From IMG/VR virus record IMGVR_UViG_3300032323_000817: a stretch of 64,000 bases of DNA; one strand, given 5' to 3'. The notes beneath the pieces are model-generated. The model had not been told where the DNA came from. It saw only the letters and a list, made by a program, of their open reading frames with translations, and ran no database searches. A program made the position numbers and the translations under genes. Position 1 is the stretch's first letter, and every line of letters begins with the position of its first letter. Below are positions 52,756 to 62,777 of the stretch, piece after piece. This DNA is from an uncultured virus (IMG/VR IMGVR_UViG_3300032323_000817) (lineage: Duplodnaviria > Heunggongvirae > Uroviricota > Caudoviricetes).

Positions 52756-54081
52756 ATGTGGGATTTAAAAATTGATACTAGACGCCTAGTTGAAGGTTTC
52801 TCTACGTCTGTTCCTTGGGATAGACCAAATGTTCTATGGAACAAAGCAGATGATTGGTGGAATGATAACTACGTTACTGACTCTAATACAGCAGCTTTTC
52901 TAAGTGCTACAGGTATCATTGATCCCAACAAACAAAACTATATAAACAACCTTGTAATAGCTCTTAAGAATCAAGGGATATGGAACAAGGCAAAAGCAAT
53001 CTATCCGTTTGTAAGCGAACAGAGAAACTTGCTTAATAACACAGACACCTTCTCAGGATGGTTATTAGAAGGAGGAACTCTAACAGGAGGCTTTACAGAT
53101 CCTTTGGGAGGAACAACTGCTTATAAGTATCTAAGAGATGCTCTAGGTCCAGGATTATGGGCGAATCAAAGCTTTACAGAAGCTTCAACAACTTACACTC
53201 AGTCTATCTGGGTTAAGTCTGTTTCGGGAGCAAACGTAACTTTTACATTAGGTAATGGCAGTGGTCCTACAGGTCAAGTGAATTTGACAGCTACAGGAAC
53301 CTGGCAGAGAGTGTCTAACACAAATACCTTTAGCGCAGGCGCTTCGTTTTATTTGTATAACATATCCGATACTACTAATGGTATATACATTTGGCATCCC
53401 CAAGTAGAGTTAGGAAACCTAACAGACTATCAAGTAACTATTAATGCACAAGAACAATTTGCAGCAGCTTATAAGTATAACTTAAAAGATCCTCAAGATA
53501 CTGACGCAGCATTTAGACTTAAGATATTTGGAACATGGACATTCACTCCTACAGGAGCTAAGCCTAATGGTACAAATGCTTATATGGATACTGCATTAAC
53601 TCCAAGTGTTTCATTATCAGCTAACAATATACATTTATCTTATTATTCAAGAACAGATTCGGCATATGGAACTTCCACATCTATGGGAGCAGATAGTTTT
53701 CCAAATGAATATTGTAGATTAATCATAAGAAGAATTGCAAATGTAGCGTATACTTTAATTGGGAATACTACTATAGGGTTATCTCAGTATGTCGTTACAG
53801 ATTCAAGAGGTTTATTTATAGCAAATGCACCTAATTCATCTACTAGAAAATTTTATCAAAATAATACACAACTTACACCAACTTCACAAAGTCCATTAGG
53901 TACAAATGGACTATCAACAAGAAGTATTTATATTGGGGCTTTACATGATTCAACTGGTGTTGAATATGACAATAAACAGTGCGCCTTCGCCTCTATCGGT
54001 GACGGCTTAACTGATGCAGAAGCAGCAGCGCTTTATACTATTGTACAGCAATTCCAAACTTCAATGGCTCGCCAAGTTTAA
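52756..54081 (+). CDS. Tail/spike protein, ConA/LamG-like, with inserted carbohydrate-binding-like domain
   Basis: Scaffold 'LKNQGIWNKAKAIYPFV...YNLKDPQDTDAAFRL...FASIGDGLTDAEAAALY' interrupted by 'NLL...YTQSIWVKS...WQRVS...IWHPQVE'. Confidence 0.6.
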   Translation: MWDLKIDTRRLVEGFSTSVPWDRPNVLWNKADDWWNDNYVTDSNTAAFLSATGIIDPNKQNYINNLVIALKNQGIWNKAKAIYPFVSEQRNLLNNTDTFSGWLLEGGTLTGGFTDPLGGTTAYKYLRDALGPGLWANQSFTEASTTYTQSIWVKSVSGANVTFTLGNGSGPTGQVNLTATGTWQRVSNTNTFSAGASFYLYNISDTTNGIYIWHPQVELGNLTDYQVTINAQEQFAAAYKYNLKDPQDTDAAFRLKIFGTWTFTPTGAKPNGTNAYMDTALTPSVSLSANNIHLSYYSRTDSAYGTSTSMGADSFPNEYCRLIIRRIANVAYTLIGNTTIGLSQYVVTDSRGLFIANAPNSSTRKFYQNNTQLTPTSQSPLGTNGLSTRSIYIGALHDSTGVEYDNKQCAFASIGDGLTDAEAAALYTIVQQFQTSMARQV

Positions 54082-54098
54082 TTTAAAATAAAATAATC

Positions 54099-54347
54099 AT
54101 GTCAGATATAACCTTAAACGTAATTCCTTTTGATTCTGCTTTCTTTCTAACAGAAGAAGAAGCAAATAGTTTAAAAGGAAAAGAATACAGACCTAACTGT
54201 TACTTTAATCCTGTTCAAGACAGTGAGGACAGGTGGTGTATCTTCTATCAGGAATCACAAGATTGCTTAAGCGAAGAATTCGCTTGGGTAAAAGATCTCC
54301 CTTACGGAGAGTTCATAGCTAAACCTACCCCTAATCCCTTTATCTAA
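54099..54347 (+). CDS. Small acidic protein, companion of the upstream tail protein
   Basis: 82-aa ORF with FNPVQD..RW and WVKDLP motifs. Confidence 0.6.
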   Translation: MSDITLNVIPFDSAFFLTEEEANSLKGKEYRPNCYFNPVQDSEDRWCIFYQESQDCLSEEFAWVKDLPYGEFIAKPTPNPFI

Positions 54348-54353
54348 AACACA

Positions 54354-56720
54354 ATGGCAACACTCTTTAATACTAAGATAAAAGACACCTACCAATCTTT
54401 GCTTAAGTTGGAGGACAACACTATCTTAACTACAACCTCTAAGAACATAACAGACGGATTAGGTAATGCATCTCCCTTGTATATGAGCACTACCCAAGTA
54501 AGAATAGGTAGTACATCTGCTAGTGCTCTTTATTGGGACAACGTAAATAACAGATTAGGCATAGGAACAAGTTCTCCTACTGCTCCTTTAGAGGTCAGGG
54601 GTACAACAAACAACAGTATAGTTTTAAGAGTAGGCGGCTTAAATAGTGGTAGAGACTTTACCTTTAACCCTTACTATGCTACAAACGTTTATGGTGGATT
54701 ATTTAGTAATGACTCTGGAAACATTACCTTAGGTGCTAGTTTAGGTACAGATAATGGAAGTGGTATTGGAATTATATTAGGAGCGCCATCGGGAACACGT
54801 ACTGCGTTATTGCAATTAAAAGGCACTGGATCAACATCCGCCACTGCATCCCTCTTGGTGCAGAATAGTTCTGCTAATACATTACTTCAGGTTAGGGATG
54901 ACGGACTTATAGTTCTTCCAGGAAATACAGGTTTAAATTTTTCAGGAGCAAACGCTCAAATATTTAACGATGGAGGTAGCGGAGGAACCATTACTTTTGC
55001 TATGGGTGGTAGTACTTATTTCAGAGTTTATCAACCAAAAAATGCAGGTTCAGGAATTACATCAGGAGAAATAAATACAATTACAACACCTATTGATTAT
55101 GGATGGAGTTCAGGTAGTGCTTCTCCTAACTTATTATCTTTAAACCCTTCAATCAATAATACAGGTGCTTATTCAGGGGGAACCTTTAGAGGTATCTACT
55201 ATAACCCCACAATTTATAGCTTAGTAGGAACTACTCATATTGCTATTCAAACAGTAACAGGCAATGTAATACTAGGTTCTACAAGTGGTAATCTTTTATT
55301 AGGAACTACTACAGACAATGGATTTAAAGTAAACGTAAACGGATCAGTTAACATTGCTGGAGGTAGTGTATTAAACTTTGCGAACTCATCTACTCAGTGT
55401 TGGATAACTACAGCAGGAGGGGGAACTGGGCTTGGTACAAGATCTTTAAACTTACCAGGAACAGGTGGTCAATCACATTGGATATTTTATAACACAGCAG
55501 CCTTTGGTATACAAGTAACAGATGCTAGTGGAGATAGTCTTTATTTTTCCCCCGGTCAAAGTTCATCAAATTTTGCTATAATGAGTCTATTCAAATCAGC
55601 TGCTTCTAATCGTGGAGGTGGGGGATTTATTTTTAGAGATAATACATCAGGTAGTAGAACATTTAGTTTTGGAAACCCTGCATCTGAGTTTGGCGATGAA
55701 ACAGGAGTACACACTAAAATTCAAGCAGGTGCTGGAGGAACAGCAGGAGGAGGTACTTATGGAAATGGTGGTCACATCTACTTAGAAGGAGGAGCTGCAG
55801 CTTTTGGTTCTAATAGTCCTGGTAATATTTTAATATCAACTAACATAACAGGGTCAAAGGTAGGCATAGGCGAAGCCTCTCCTAGTGCTAAACTTCAAGT
55901 AAAGGGTAATGGAAGCACAAGTGCTACAAGTTCCTTACTAGTACAGAATAGTTCTGGGACGGAATTATTGAAAGTTACTGATGATGGATTGGTTACGGGT
56001 GCTGCCATAACTGCAACAAATAATCTTCGTGGTGCAAATGGCAGATTAAATATTTATAGTAGTGGTAATCAATTAATAATTACTAATCCTTATGTTGGTA
56101 ATTATTTTTATATTGGACCAGATAACGTTTGTGGAGTTGATAATGCTTTTAGAGTACCCAATTTAAATGCTGGTAATTTATCTATTACTGCAAATTCTTA
56201 TCCTAATGGTTCTAATATGACTTTGGGAACTTTTACTTCAAATAATACAGGTATAAATACAGGGTTAATTATATCAAGTAATTATGTTCAAGGAGGCGCA
56301 GGTGGACCTAATTATGGTAAACAAGTTAAATTTTACGATAATCTAACAAACAATAATGTTCAATGTGATTTGACTTTTCTTTATGTTAATCCAACTATTA
56401 ATTATACTGCAACTGCAAATGGACAAATTGTAGGTTTTGATTTTAATCCTGTTGTAACTGCTGTAACAGCAAATACAAAAGTTCGTGCATTCCAATCTTC
56501 TGTTGGTGGGGTCTATATTAATACTACTACCTATCAAGCAAGTGCTATCCTCCAAGCCGATTCCACAACGCAAGGAATGTTACCACCTCGTATGACAGAT
56601 GCTCAAATCAGAGCAATCGCTTCTCCAGTTAACGGCTTGATAGCGTACAACACCACTATTGACCACCTTTGTGTTTATCAAGGAGGTGCGTGGGTTAAAA
56701 TTAATCATTCACCAATGTAA
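54354..56720 (+). CDS. Tail fibre protein 1
   Basis: G/S/T/N-rich; repeats RLGIGTSSP and VGIGEASP; C-terminal ST.QG.LPPRMT..Q..AI domain. Confidence 0.8.
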   Translation: MATLFNTKIKDTYQSLLKLEDNTILTTTSKNITDGLGNASPLYMSTTQVRIGSTSASALYWDNVNNRLGIGTSSPTAPLEVRGTTNNSIVLRVGGLNSGRDFTFNPYYATNVYGGLFSNDSGNITLGASLGTDNGSGIGIILGAPSGTRTALLQLKGTGSTSATASLLVQNSSANTLLQVRDDGLIVLPGNTGLNFSGANAQIFNDGGSGGTITFAMGGSTYFRVYQPKNAGSGITSGEINTITTPIDYGWSSGSASPNLLSLNPSINNTGAYSGGTFRGIYYNPTIYSLVGTTHIAIQTVTGNVILGSTSGNLLLGTTTDNGFKVNVNGSVNIAGGSVLNFANSSTQCWITTAGGGTGLGTRSLNLPGTGGQSHWIFYNTAAFGIQVTDASGDSLYFSPGQSSSNFAIMSLFKSAASNRGGGGFIFRDNTSGSRTFSFGNPASEFGDETGVHTKIQAGAGGTAGGGTYGNGGHIYLEGGAAAFGSNSPGNILISTNITGSKVGIGEASPSAKLQVKGNGSTSATSSLLVQNSSGTELLKVTDDGLVTGAAITATNNLRGANGRLNIYSSGNQLIITNPYVGNYFYIGPDNVCGVDNAFRVPNLNAGNLSITANSYPNGSNMTLGTFTSNNTGINTGLIISSNYVQGGAGGPNYGKQVKFYDNLTNNNVQCDLTFLYVNPTINYTATANGQIVGFDFNPVVTAVTANTKVRAFQSSVGGVYINTTTYQASAILQADSTTQGMLPPRMTDAQIRAIASPVNGLIAYNTTIDHLCVYQGGAWVKINHSPM

Positions 56721-56734
56721 ATTAAACAAGCAAA

Positions 56735-59173
56735 ATGGCAACCTTATTTAATACAAAAATAAAAGATACCTACCAGTCACTCTTAAAACTGGAAGACAAT
56801 ACTATCCTAACCACTACTACTAAAAACGTAACAGATGGCTTAGGCAATGCTTCTCCTCTATACATGAGTACTACTAGAGTAGGTATAGGTACTAATGCTC
56901 CTATAAGTACACTAAATGTTTTAGGTCTATCTACATTTATTGGTGCATCAGGTAATATATTAGGATCTACTACAGCCAATGCCGCTGCTCAATTCTATCA
57001 AAGTGGATTCAATGGGGTTTTGGCAATAGGTGGCTATTCTAATGGTGGAGGAGAAATACAATCTTATCAAGGCGGTGGAGCAAATGCGGCCGGTAGTATG
57101 TTCTTACAAAGACAAGCTGGTAATGTATTAATTGGAAGCGCAAGTGATACCGCTAAACTTTCTGTCAAAGGAAGTGGATCTACCTCTGCTACTACTTCAC
57201 TACTTGTTCAGAATAGTGGGGGTAATGCAGCTTTAACTGTTAGAGATGATTTATATGTATTTGGAGGAAGCAGAGTCTATAGTACAGGTAATATGTACAT
57301 GGATGGAAACAGTGGTACATTGTTTTCTGCTTGGGGTCAATTAAATTTACAAGGAGCAAGTTATGTTCAGATAATGAACGATACTCTGAGGGTAGGAAGT
57401 CAAAATTTTAATTTTATCAATACTTCTTTCTCCCCTAACAATAGTACAAACTCTAACTTAATATTAAGTGGTAATGGATCTTCATTTACAAACGCTGGCG
57501 CAGGAAGTACAAGTGTAGGTAACGTATTGTCAATTCCTATTGGTCTATCTACTTCTACAGGTAATGTTACTTTGAACCATATTAATATCGACGGAGTAAT
57601 AAACACCACAGCTGGTACAACATTACAACGTGGATTCTATTATAACCCTACGTTAACAGGTACTGTTGGTTTTACTCATCGTGCGATTGAAACAGTAACT
57701 GGTAACGTTCTATTAGGAACAACTAGTGGAAACGTAGGTATTGGAACTAGTAACCCTACTAATAAACTTGAGGTAGTAGGTACTGGTAGAATTTCTTCTA
57801 CCTTGAATGTAGGAGGTGATGGTTCTACAAGCACAAGTTTTTCTTCAGGCTTTATAGCTTATGATACAGGAAATGCTTATGGACATTCTCTTGTTCATGC
57901 TCAGTCTGCGCAACTTTACTTATTTGCTAATCCTCAAGGATTTGCTGCAGGAGGATATGAACCTAGTTCAGGTGGTCTGTCTTCAGGTAACTTAGCCTTT
58001 ATGACTGCAAGTACTACAAGATTAAAAATACTTAACAACGGAAACGTATTAATAGGAACTACAACAGATAGCGGTTACAAATTAGATATTAACGGTAATG
58101 TTAGAATCCAAAACACTTTAAACTTTAATTCTAATTTTGAGATCTCTTCTTCGGGTGTTGTATGTGGTATCTCCAGAGCTCCTGGAAATGGTCCTGGTAT
58201 GGTATTTACCGATAACATGCAACAAGGACAAATTAGTTTTAAGTTTGCTTCACCATACAGCTCCCCAGGTACAAAAGGATTCTTAAGTGCTTCTGGAAGA
58301 TCTGTTTTTAATATTAATATAGGATTAGGTAATCCTAATACAAGCAACTTAGACGCAAGTGTTTTGCTTTTAGACGGAGCACACAATGTTACGTTTGGAA
58401 CAGGAACAACAATTAGAGGTATTTATTACAATCCTACTATAACTTCCTTAACGGGTGTAGTTGCACATAGAGCTATTGAAACTACTAGTGGAGACGTAGT
58501 ATTTAATGGAGGTAACGTAGGAGTAGGAGAAGCTTCACCTACAGCTAGATTACAAGTAAAAGGAAGTGGTAGTACTAGTGCTACCACCTCGTTGAGGATT
58601 CAGAATGCTGGAGGTGTTGATGTATTAAAAGTTACAGACGATATGTATGTAACGATTCAAAACACAAATAGTACTGAGTGCTTTCAGTTGTTGGGGTTTA
58701 ATAGTGATGCTTCCATTAAATTTACTCCAAGTGGGGGTAATTCAAGAATTGTTTTGAAATCTCAATCTTCGAGTTTAATACTTGGTACAGTAGCAAACGA
58801 TTGGGCAGATGTATTAACTACAAGTGGTGCTCAAACTTTAAGGATTGGAACTTTAACGCCTGCAGGGGGTGGTGTGAATTATTATGCTTCTCAAAATGGT
58901 GCAGCAGGTTATCATAAATGGTTTTTGAATGGCGTTCAAAACGCTCAATTAACGGGAGCACAATTTGTTTTAGATGATAGTGGTACTGTAACACCCAATG
59001 CTTCTTCTATTCTACAAGCCAATTCAACCAGCAAAGGTTTCCTGCCTCCACGAATGACTAATGCTCAACGTGCTGCAATTACATCACCTGCTATTGGTCT
59101 TATGGTATACTGTACTGATGCTGTAGAGGGTATTTATGTATACAAGTCAACTGGTTGGACATTCGTAGCTTAA
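56735..59173 (+). CDS. Tail fibre protein 2 (paralog of fibre 1)
   Basis: 45 of the first 47 aa identical to fibre 1; shared internal modules and C-terminal domain. Confidence 0.8.
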   Translation: MATLFNTKIKDTYQSLLKLEDNTILTTTTKNVTDGLGNASPLYMSTTRVGIGTNAPISTLNVLGLSTFIGASGNILGSTTANAAAQFYQSGFNGVLAIGGYSNGGGEIQSYQGGGANAAGSMFLQRQAGNVLIGSASDTAKLSVKGSGSTSATTSLLVQNSGGNAALTVRDDLYVFGGSRVYSTGNMYMDGNSGTLFSAWGQLNLQGASYVQIMNDTLRVGSQNFNFINTSFSPNNSTNSNLILSGNGSSFTNAGAGSTSVGNVLSIPIGLSTSTGNVTLNHINIDGVINTTAGTTLQRGFYYNPTLTGTVGFTHRAIETVTGNVLLGTTSGNVGIGTSNPTNKLEVVGTGRISSTLNVGGDGSTSTSFSSGFIAYDTGNAYGHSLVHAQSAQLYLFANPQGFAAGGYEPSSGGLSSGNLAFMTASTTRLKILNNGNVLIGTTTDSGYKLDINGNVRIQNTLNFNSNFEISSSGVVCGISRAPGNGPGMVFTDNMQQGQISFKFASPYSSPGTKGFLSASGRSVFNINIGLGNPNTSNLDASVLLLDGAHNVTFGTGTTIRGIYYNPTITSLTGVVAHRAIETTSGDVVFNGGNVGVGEASPTARLQVKGSGSTSATTSLRIQNAGGVDVLKVTDDMYVTIQNTNSTECFQLLGFNSDASIKFTPSGGNSRIVLKSQSSSLILGTVANDWADVLTTSGAQTLRIGTLTPAGGGVNYYASQNGAAGYHKWFLNGVQNAQLTGAQFVLDDSGTVTPNASSILQANSTSKGFLPPRMTNAQRAAITSPAIGLMVYCTDAVEGIYVYKSTGWTFVA

Positions 59174-59183
59174 GGATTATTGA

Positions 59184-59214
59184 CTTGATTTAAATTTAAA
59201 ATAAACTATTTTTG
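59184..59214 (+). promoter_or_regulatory. Promoter CTTG-N19-TATTTTTG for the lysis operon
   Basis: Same architecture as the other promoters. Confidence 0.65.
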
Positions 59215-59224
59215 TAAACATACC

Positions 59225-59665
59225 GTGAAAACTTCCTTCCTACTTTACTCTACGACAACTATCCTAGCTTTCTTAGGAACTTACTTCCTTAAGTTAGGAG
59301 CAGATAACATAGAACAGTACTTAGCGGTAGTTGCTGTTATTTTTATAGACGGCTTCTTTGGAGTATGGGCAGGAACTAAGAAGATTGGTTTTCAAACTAG
59401 AAAAGCAGTTAAGGTACTTCAGACTTTGTTTTCTTGGGTACTTATACTTACAGGTGTCTTGATGATTGAGAAGGGGTTTGAAGGCACTTTTTGGCTAAGC
59501 GAAACTTTGTGTGCCCCCTTTATTGTTTTTCAGCTGATAAGTGCGCTTAAGAATGCTCACACAGTAGGAATCATAGAGAACAGTGTACTCTCTCAGATCT
59601 TAGAGAAGATAGATCAACACAAATTTAATCACAACGAAAACAACAAAGAAAATGAAAAAGACTGA
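59225..59665 (+). CDS. Holin
   Basis: Several TM segments, 'IDGFFGVWAG', 'LISALKNAHTVG', charged C-terminal tail; GTG start. Confidence 0.75.
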   Translation: MKTSFLLYSTTTILAFLGTYFLKLGADNIEQYLAVVAVIFIDGFFGVWAGTKKIGFQTRKAVKVLQTLFSWVLILTGVLMIEKGFEGTFWLSETLCAPFIVFQLISALKNAHTVGIIENSVLSQILEKIDQHKFNHNENNKENEKD

Positions 59666-60203
59666 TTTATATCTTAAGCCAGGAACATACATAAAGTCTT
59701 CTACTACTACAGGAGAAGTACAAGGTATCTCATTAGAGAACTTTGTAGTAAGTGTTTTAAACAACCCTACATGTTGCCCTAAATTATTTCCAGCAACGGG
59801 AGTCCCTACAACTTTTAATCCTTTATTTACAGATGCTTCTGGTACATTAGCTGGTGTAACTGCAACAGGATCATATACAATGATCTCACCTAAAATCTGT
59901 TTTTTTAGAGTGCATGTAAATTTCTCTGGTTGTACTAACTTTGGTACATTAGGTTATCAAATTACATTACCTTTTCCGTCTATAGAAACAATGAGGCAGG
60001 CTAACGGTACATTACACCAACCTGCACTTTCTGCACAATATCATATTGCTGGTATAACAGATATAGATACAGCTAATGCTTCTATACTTACATTATACTA
60101 CTCAGGAAGCACAACAGACTTAGCTTGGAAATTCAATACACCTGTGGGTGGAACCACGGTAACTAGTCACTTTGATATATCAGGTGTATACGAAATTGTA
60201 TAA
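59652..60203 (+). CDS. Second head-fibre/decoration-like protein
   Basis: N-terminal ~45 aa paralogous to 17021-17458; different beta-rich C-terminal domain ending ISGVYEI. Confidence 0.6.
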   Translation: MKKTDLYLKPGTYIKSSTTTGEVQGISLENFVVSVLNNPTCCPKLFPATGVPTTFNPLFTDASGTLAGVTATGSYTMISPKICFFRVHVNFSGCTNFGTLGYQITLPFPSIETMRQANGTLHQPALSAQYHIAGITDIDTANASILTLYYSGSTTDLAWKFNTPVGGTTVTSHFDISGVYEIV

Positions 60204-60244
60204 TAAAACTGGTAAGGATAAAATAAAATAAAAAATATATAATT

Positions 60245-60571
60245 ATGACAACTTACAATTGGAAAATCACTAACCTTTATACTAAGACTGTAGAAGGTTT
60301 GGAAGACTACGTAGTAACTGCTATGTTTGAAGTAGAAGGCGTAGATGGAGAATTCTCTTGCATCGTTAACGGAAGTCAAGTGTTTACCGTAAAAGAAGGA
60401 GCTGAGTTTATTCCTTACGCTAACTTGACTGAAGCAATCGTAGTAGAGTGGATTAAAGAAGAGTTGGGTGAAGAAGGTCTTGCTCCCATATATTCTCATA
60501 TCGAAGAGAACATTGAAAACCAAAAGAGTCCTGCAGTAGAACCTGTAATTACTCCTTTGCCTTGGGCTTAA
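60245..60571 (+). CDS. Acidic fibre-associated (chaperone-like) protein
   Basis: TYNWKI..., FIPYANLTE..V.EWI and PLPW motifs seen in small phage fibre-adjacent proteins. Confidence 0.55.
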   Translation: MTTYNWKITNLYTKTVEGLEDYVVTAMFEVEGVDGEFSCIVNGSQVFTVKEGAEFIPYANLTEAIVVEWIKEELGEEGLAPIYSHIEENIENQKSPAVEPVITPLPWA

Positions 60572-60578
60572 ACTAATT

Positions 60579-60603
60579 AAGGGGGTTAATAGCCCCCTTT
60601 TTT
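60579..60603 (+). terminator. Intrinsic terminator
   Basis: AAGGGGGT-TAATA-GCCCCCTT-TTTT. Confidence 0.8.
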
Positions 60604-60606
60604 CTT

Positions 60607-60924
60607 ATGAAAAACCTATCCATCAAACTTAACTTTATCTTCTTCTTTACTATCGTCTACCTTTTATATAGGTATGAGTACGTACAAGAACAAGACACCA
60701 ATCAAGTAATCTCTTTTATAGATTCTATTGATAAAGCAAACGATACTTACTTTGAAAAGATAGACTCCTTAGAGCATATCAAACACGAAGAGTATAGAAC
60801 TTACGAAAAAATCACCCTAAAGTATGACACCATTCAAATCGCTATTGACACTATGCCTGATATTGACGGCACAAAGTATCTACTCACAATCTCTAGACAG
60901 CTTACCGCTAAAGGAATTGAATAA
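60607..60924 (+). CDS. Membrane-anchored coiled-coil protein, spanin-like (inner)
   Basis: N-terminal TM segment and helical remainder; overlaps the next ORF by about 100 nt. Confidence 0.45.
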   Translation: MKNLSIKLNFIFFFTIVYLLYRYEYVQEQDTNQVISFIDSIDKANDTYFEKIDSLEHIKHEEYRTYEKITLKYDTIQIAIDTMPDIDGTKYLLTISRQLTAKGIE

Positions 60925-61183
60925 CGAATTCCTTAAGGGGATTCAAGCACGTGAGAGAGTAGTTAGTCTTAAAAAGATAGTTAAGACTGACAGTATACAG
61001 TTATCTTTATATAAAGATTCTATTATTCCTAACTTTAGATTAGCTCTAGATACAGCTAAAGTAGAGATAGTTCGCTTAGATACAAAGGTTAGATCTCAAG
61101 CAGAAACTATTAAAACATTAAAGAATGTTTTGAAAGGTGGATTAATTGCTATAGCTTTGTTAACCATAGGGTTAATACTCTAA
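60824..61183 (+). CDS. Signal peptide + coiled coil + C-terminal TM protein, spanin-like
   Basis: N-terminal signal and C-terminal GGLIAIALLTIGLIL; Rz/Rz1-like overlap. Confidence 0.45.
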   Translation: MTPFKSLLTLCLILTAQSIYSQSLDSLPLKELNNEFLKGIQARERVVSLKKIVKTDSIQLSLYKDSIIPNFRLALDTAKVEIVRLDTKVRSQAETIKTLKNVLKGGLIAIALLTIGLIL

Positions 61184-61188
61184 AGCCT

Positions 61189-62523
61189 ATGATGCCAATA
61201 TCTAAACAGATTGTCCAGTATTACATGGATAATCCAAATACGAATGAGACAGCTATTGAAGTTGCTCTTCGTTTTAACTATCATCCTGAAGAACGTAATC
61301 AGTTAAGGGGTAAGCGAGTTCGTGATTTAAAAAGATCAGCTATGGCCAAACTCCTAAAGGGTGATCCTCTTTACATGCCAAATCCACAATCTGAGATTAA
61401 TTCTAATACAACTCTAGGAACTTACGACGAAAACTTAGAAAAAGGTACCTTAGAAGTATCTAAACTAGTATCTGAGCAACCTAGATCTGCAGAAGAGATC
61501 ATAAGAATTCATAAAATAGATACTACTAAGTGGAAACTTGTTCAGTATTGGAGTAAAGAAAAAAGCTCAGGGTGGTTAGTATCAGCTTTGTTTGCTCATA
61601 TTAAACCTGAGGATACTTTTAATGACGACATAGAAGGCATTCTAAGAGAAGTTTTTCTTGAATCTGACATCACAGTACACCCAACACCTAAAAAGTCTCC
61701 TGTAAGCTCTAAAAAGGGCTTATTTGTTTATATGAGTGACAAACATGTAGGTGCGCTTACACATCCTACTGCTCTTTTTGGAAACGAATACAACGAGAAT
61801 GTCTTTGAAGAGAGAATGAACAGAACATTAGAGGAGATAGAGAAGCAAGTTAAGATACACGGAAGACTAGAAGACTTATTTATCTGTGACTTAGGTGATT
61901 CTTTGGATGGTTGGAATGGCTATACCACTAGAGGTGGTCACCAATTACCTCAGAACATGGATAGTAAGGAAGCTTTTATGACTTATCTGTATGCTCATAA
62001 GAGATTCTTCGATACTTTAGTCGAAAGAAACTTAACTAATAACATTCATGCAGTAATGCAAACCAATGATAACCATGCAGGTTCATTTGGATATATTACT
62101 AACCAAGCACTTACTCTTTATTTAAACACAGCTTATCCATTCATCAAAGTAACGATAATGGAGAAGTTCTTAGAACATTTTGATTATGGCAAACATACGT
62201 TTATCTTCACTCATGGAAAAGATTCTGAAGATCTTAAGCATGGTCTTCCCCTTTTCTTAACCGAAAAAGCAGAAAACTTCCTCAACAAGTACATTAATCA
62301 CCACAATTTAGGAGAGAATAAAAATATCTCGATAGTAAAAGGAGACTTACATACAGAGAGTATGCAACAAGCATACAAATTTAGATACAGAAATGTATTG
62401 TCTATGTATGGTTCTTCTAAGTGGATAATGAATAACTTTGGTCCAGGATACCCAGGAGTTTCATTTGATTTAGTAGAAAAAGATACGGATTTGATTTATT
62501 CGTTTTATATTCGCTTTAAGTAA
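61189..62523 (+). CDS. Calcineurin-like metallophosphoesterase
   Basis: SDKHVG, LGDSLDG, NDNH, THG and GDLH motifs. Confidence 0.8.
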   Translation: MMPISKQIVQYYMDNPNTNETAIEVALRFNYHPEERNQLRGKRVRDLKRSAMAKLLKGDPLYMPNPQSEINSNTTLGTYDENLEKGTLEVSKLVSEQPRSAEEIIRIHKIDTTKWKLVQYWSKEKSSGWLVSALFAHIKPEDTFNDDIEGILREVFLESDITVHPTPKKSPVSSKKGLFVYMSDKHVGALTHPTALFGNEYNENVFEERMNRTLEEIEKQVKIHGRLEDLFICDLGDSLDGWNGYTTRGGHQLPQNMDSKEAFMTYLYAHKRFFDTLVERNLTNNIHAVMQTNDNHAGSFGYITNQALTLYLNTAYPFIKVTIMEKFLEHFDYGKHTFIFTHGKDSEDLKHGLPLFLTEKAENFLNKYINHHNLGENKNISIVKGDLHTESMQQAYKFRYRNVLSMYGSSKWIMNNFGPGYPGVSFDLVEKDTDLIYSFYIRFK

Positions 62524-62540
62524 AGTTAAATAAAAATAAT

Positions 62541-62771
62541 ATGGTTACCCTAGCAGATATAGACAAATTAATAAATCAATTTTATTTAGACTCCGAGAAG
62601 GACGGAAGAGCAGTAAGACCTAACGTAATACTAATCACAGAGGATCAGTTTGAAGAGATACTAAAAGAGATGGGAATAGAAGATGAAGACGACGTAACAA
62701 TAGAAAGTATCCTAGGAATGGATGTCGTCATAGCAAATGGTTTAGAGTACCCAAGACTAATAAGACTTTAA
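62541..62771 (+). CDS. Small acidic hypothetical protein
   Basis: 76-aa ORF with an A-rich leader. Confidence 0.6.
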   Translation: MVTLADIDKLINQFYLDSEKDGRAVRPNVILITEDQFEEILKEMGIEDEDDVTIESILGMDVVIANGLEYPRLIRL

Positions 62772-62777
62772 AAGGTT

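Noticed and set aside
54354..59173. Diversity-generating retroelement acting on the fibres or the C-type lectin
   Set aside because: No reverse transcriptase in the window, and no template repeat differing only at adenines; paralog differences are mostly synonymous
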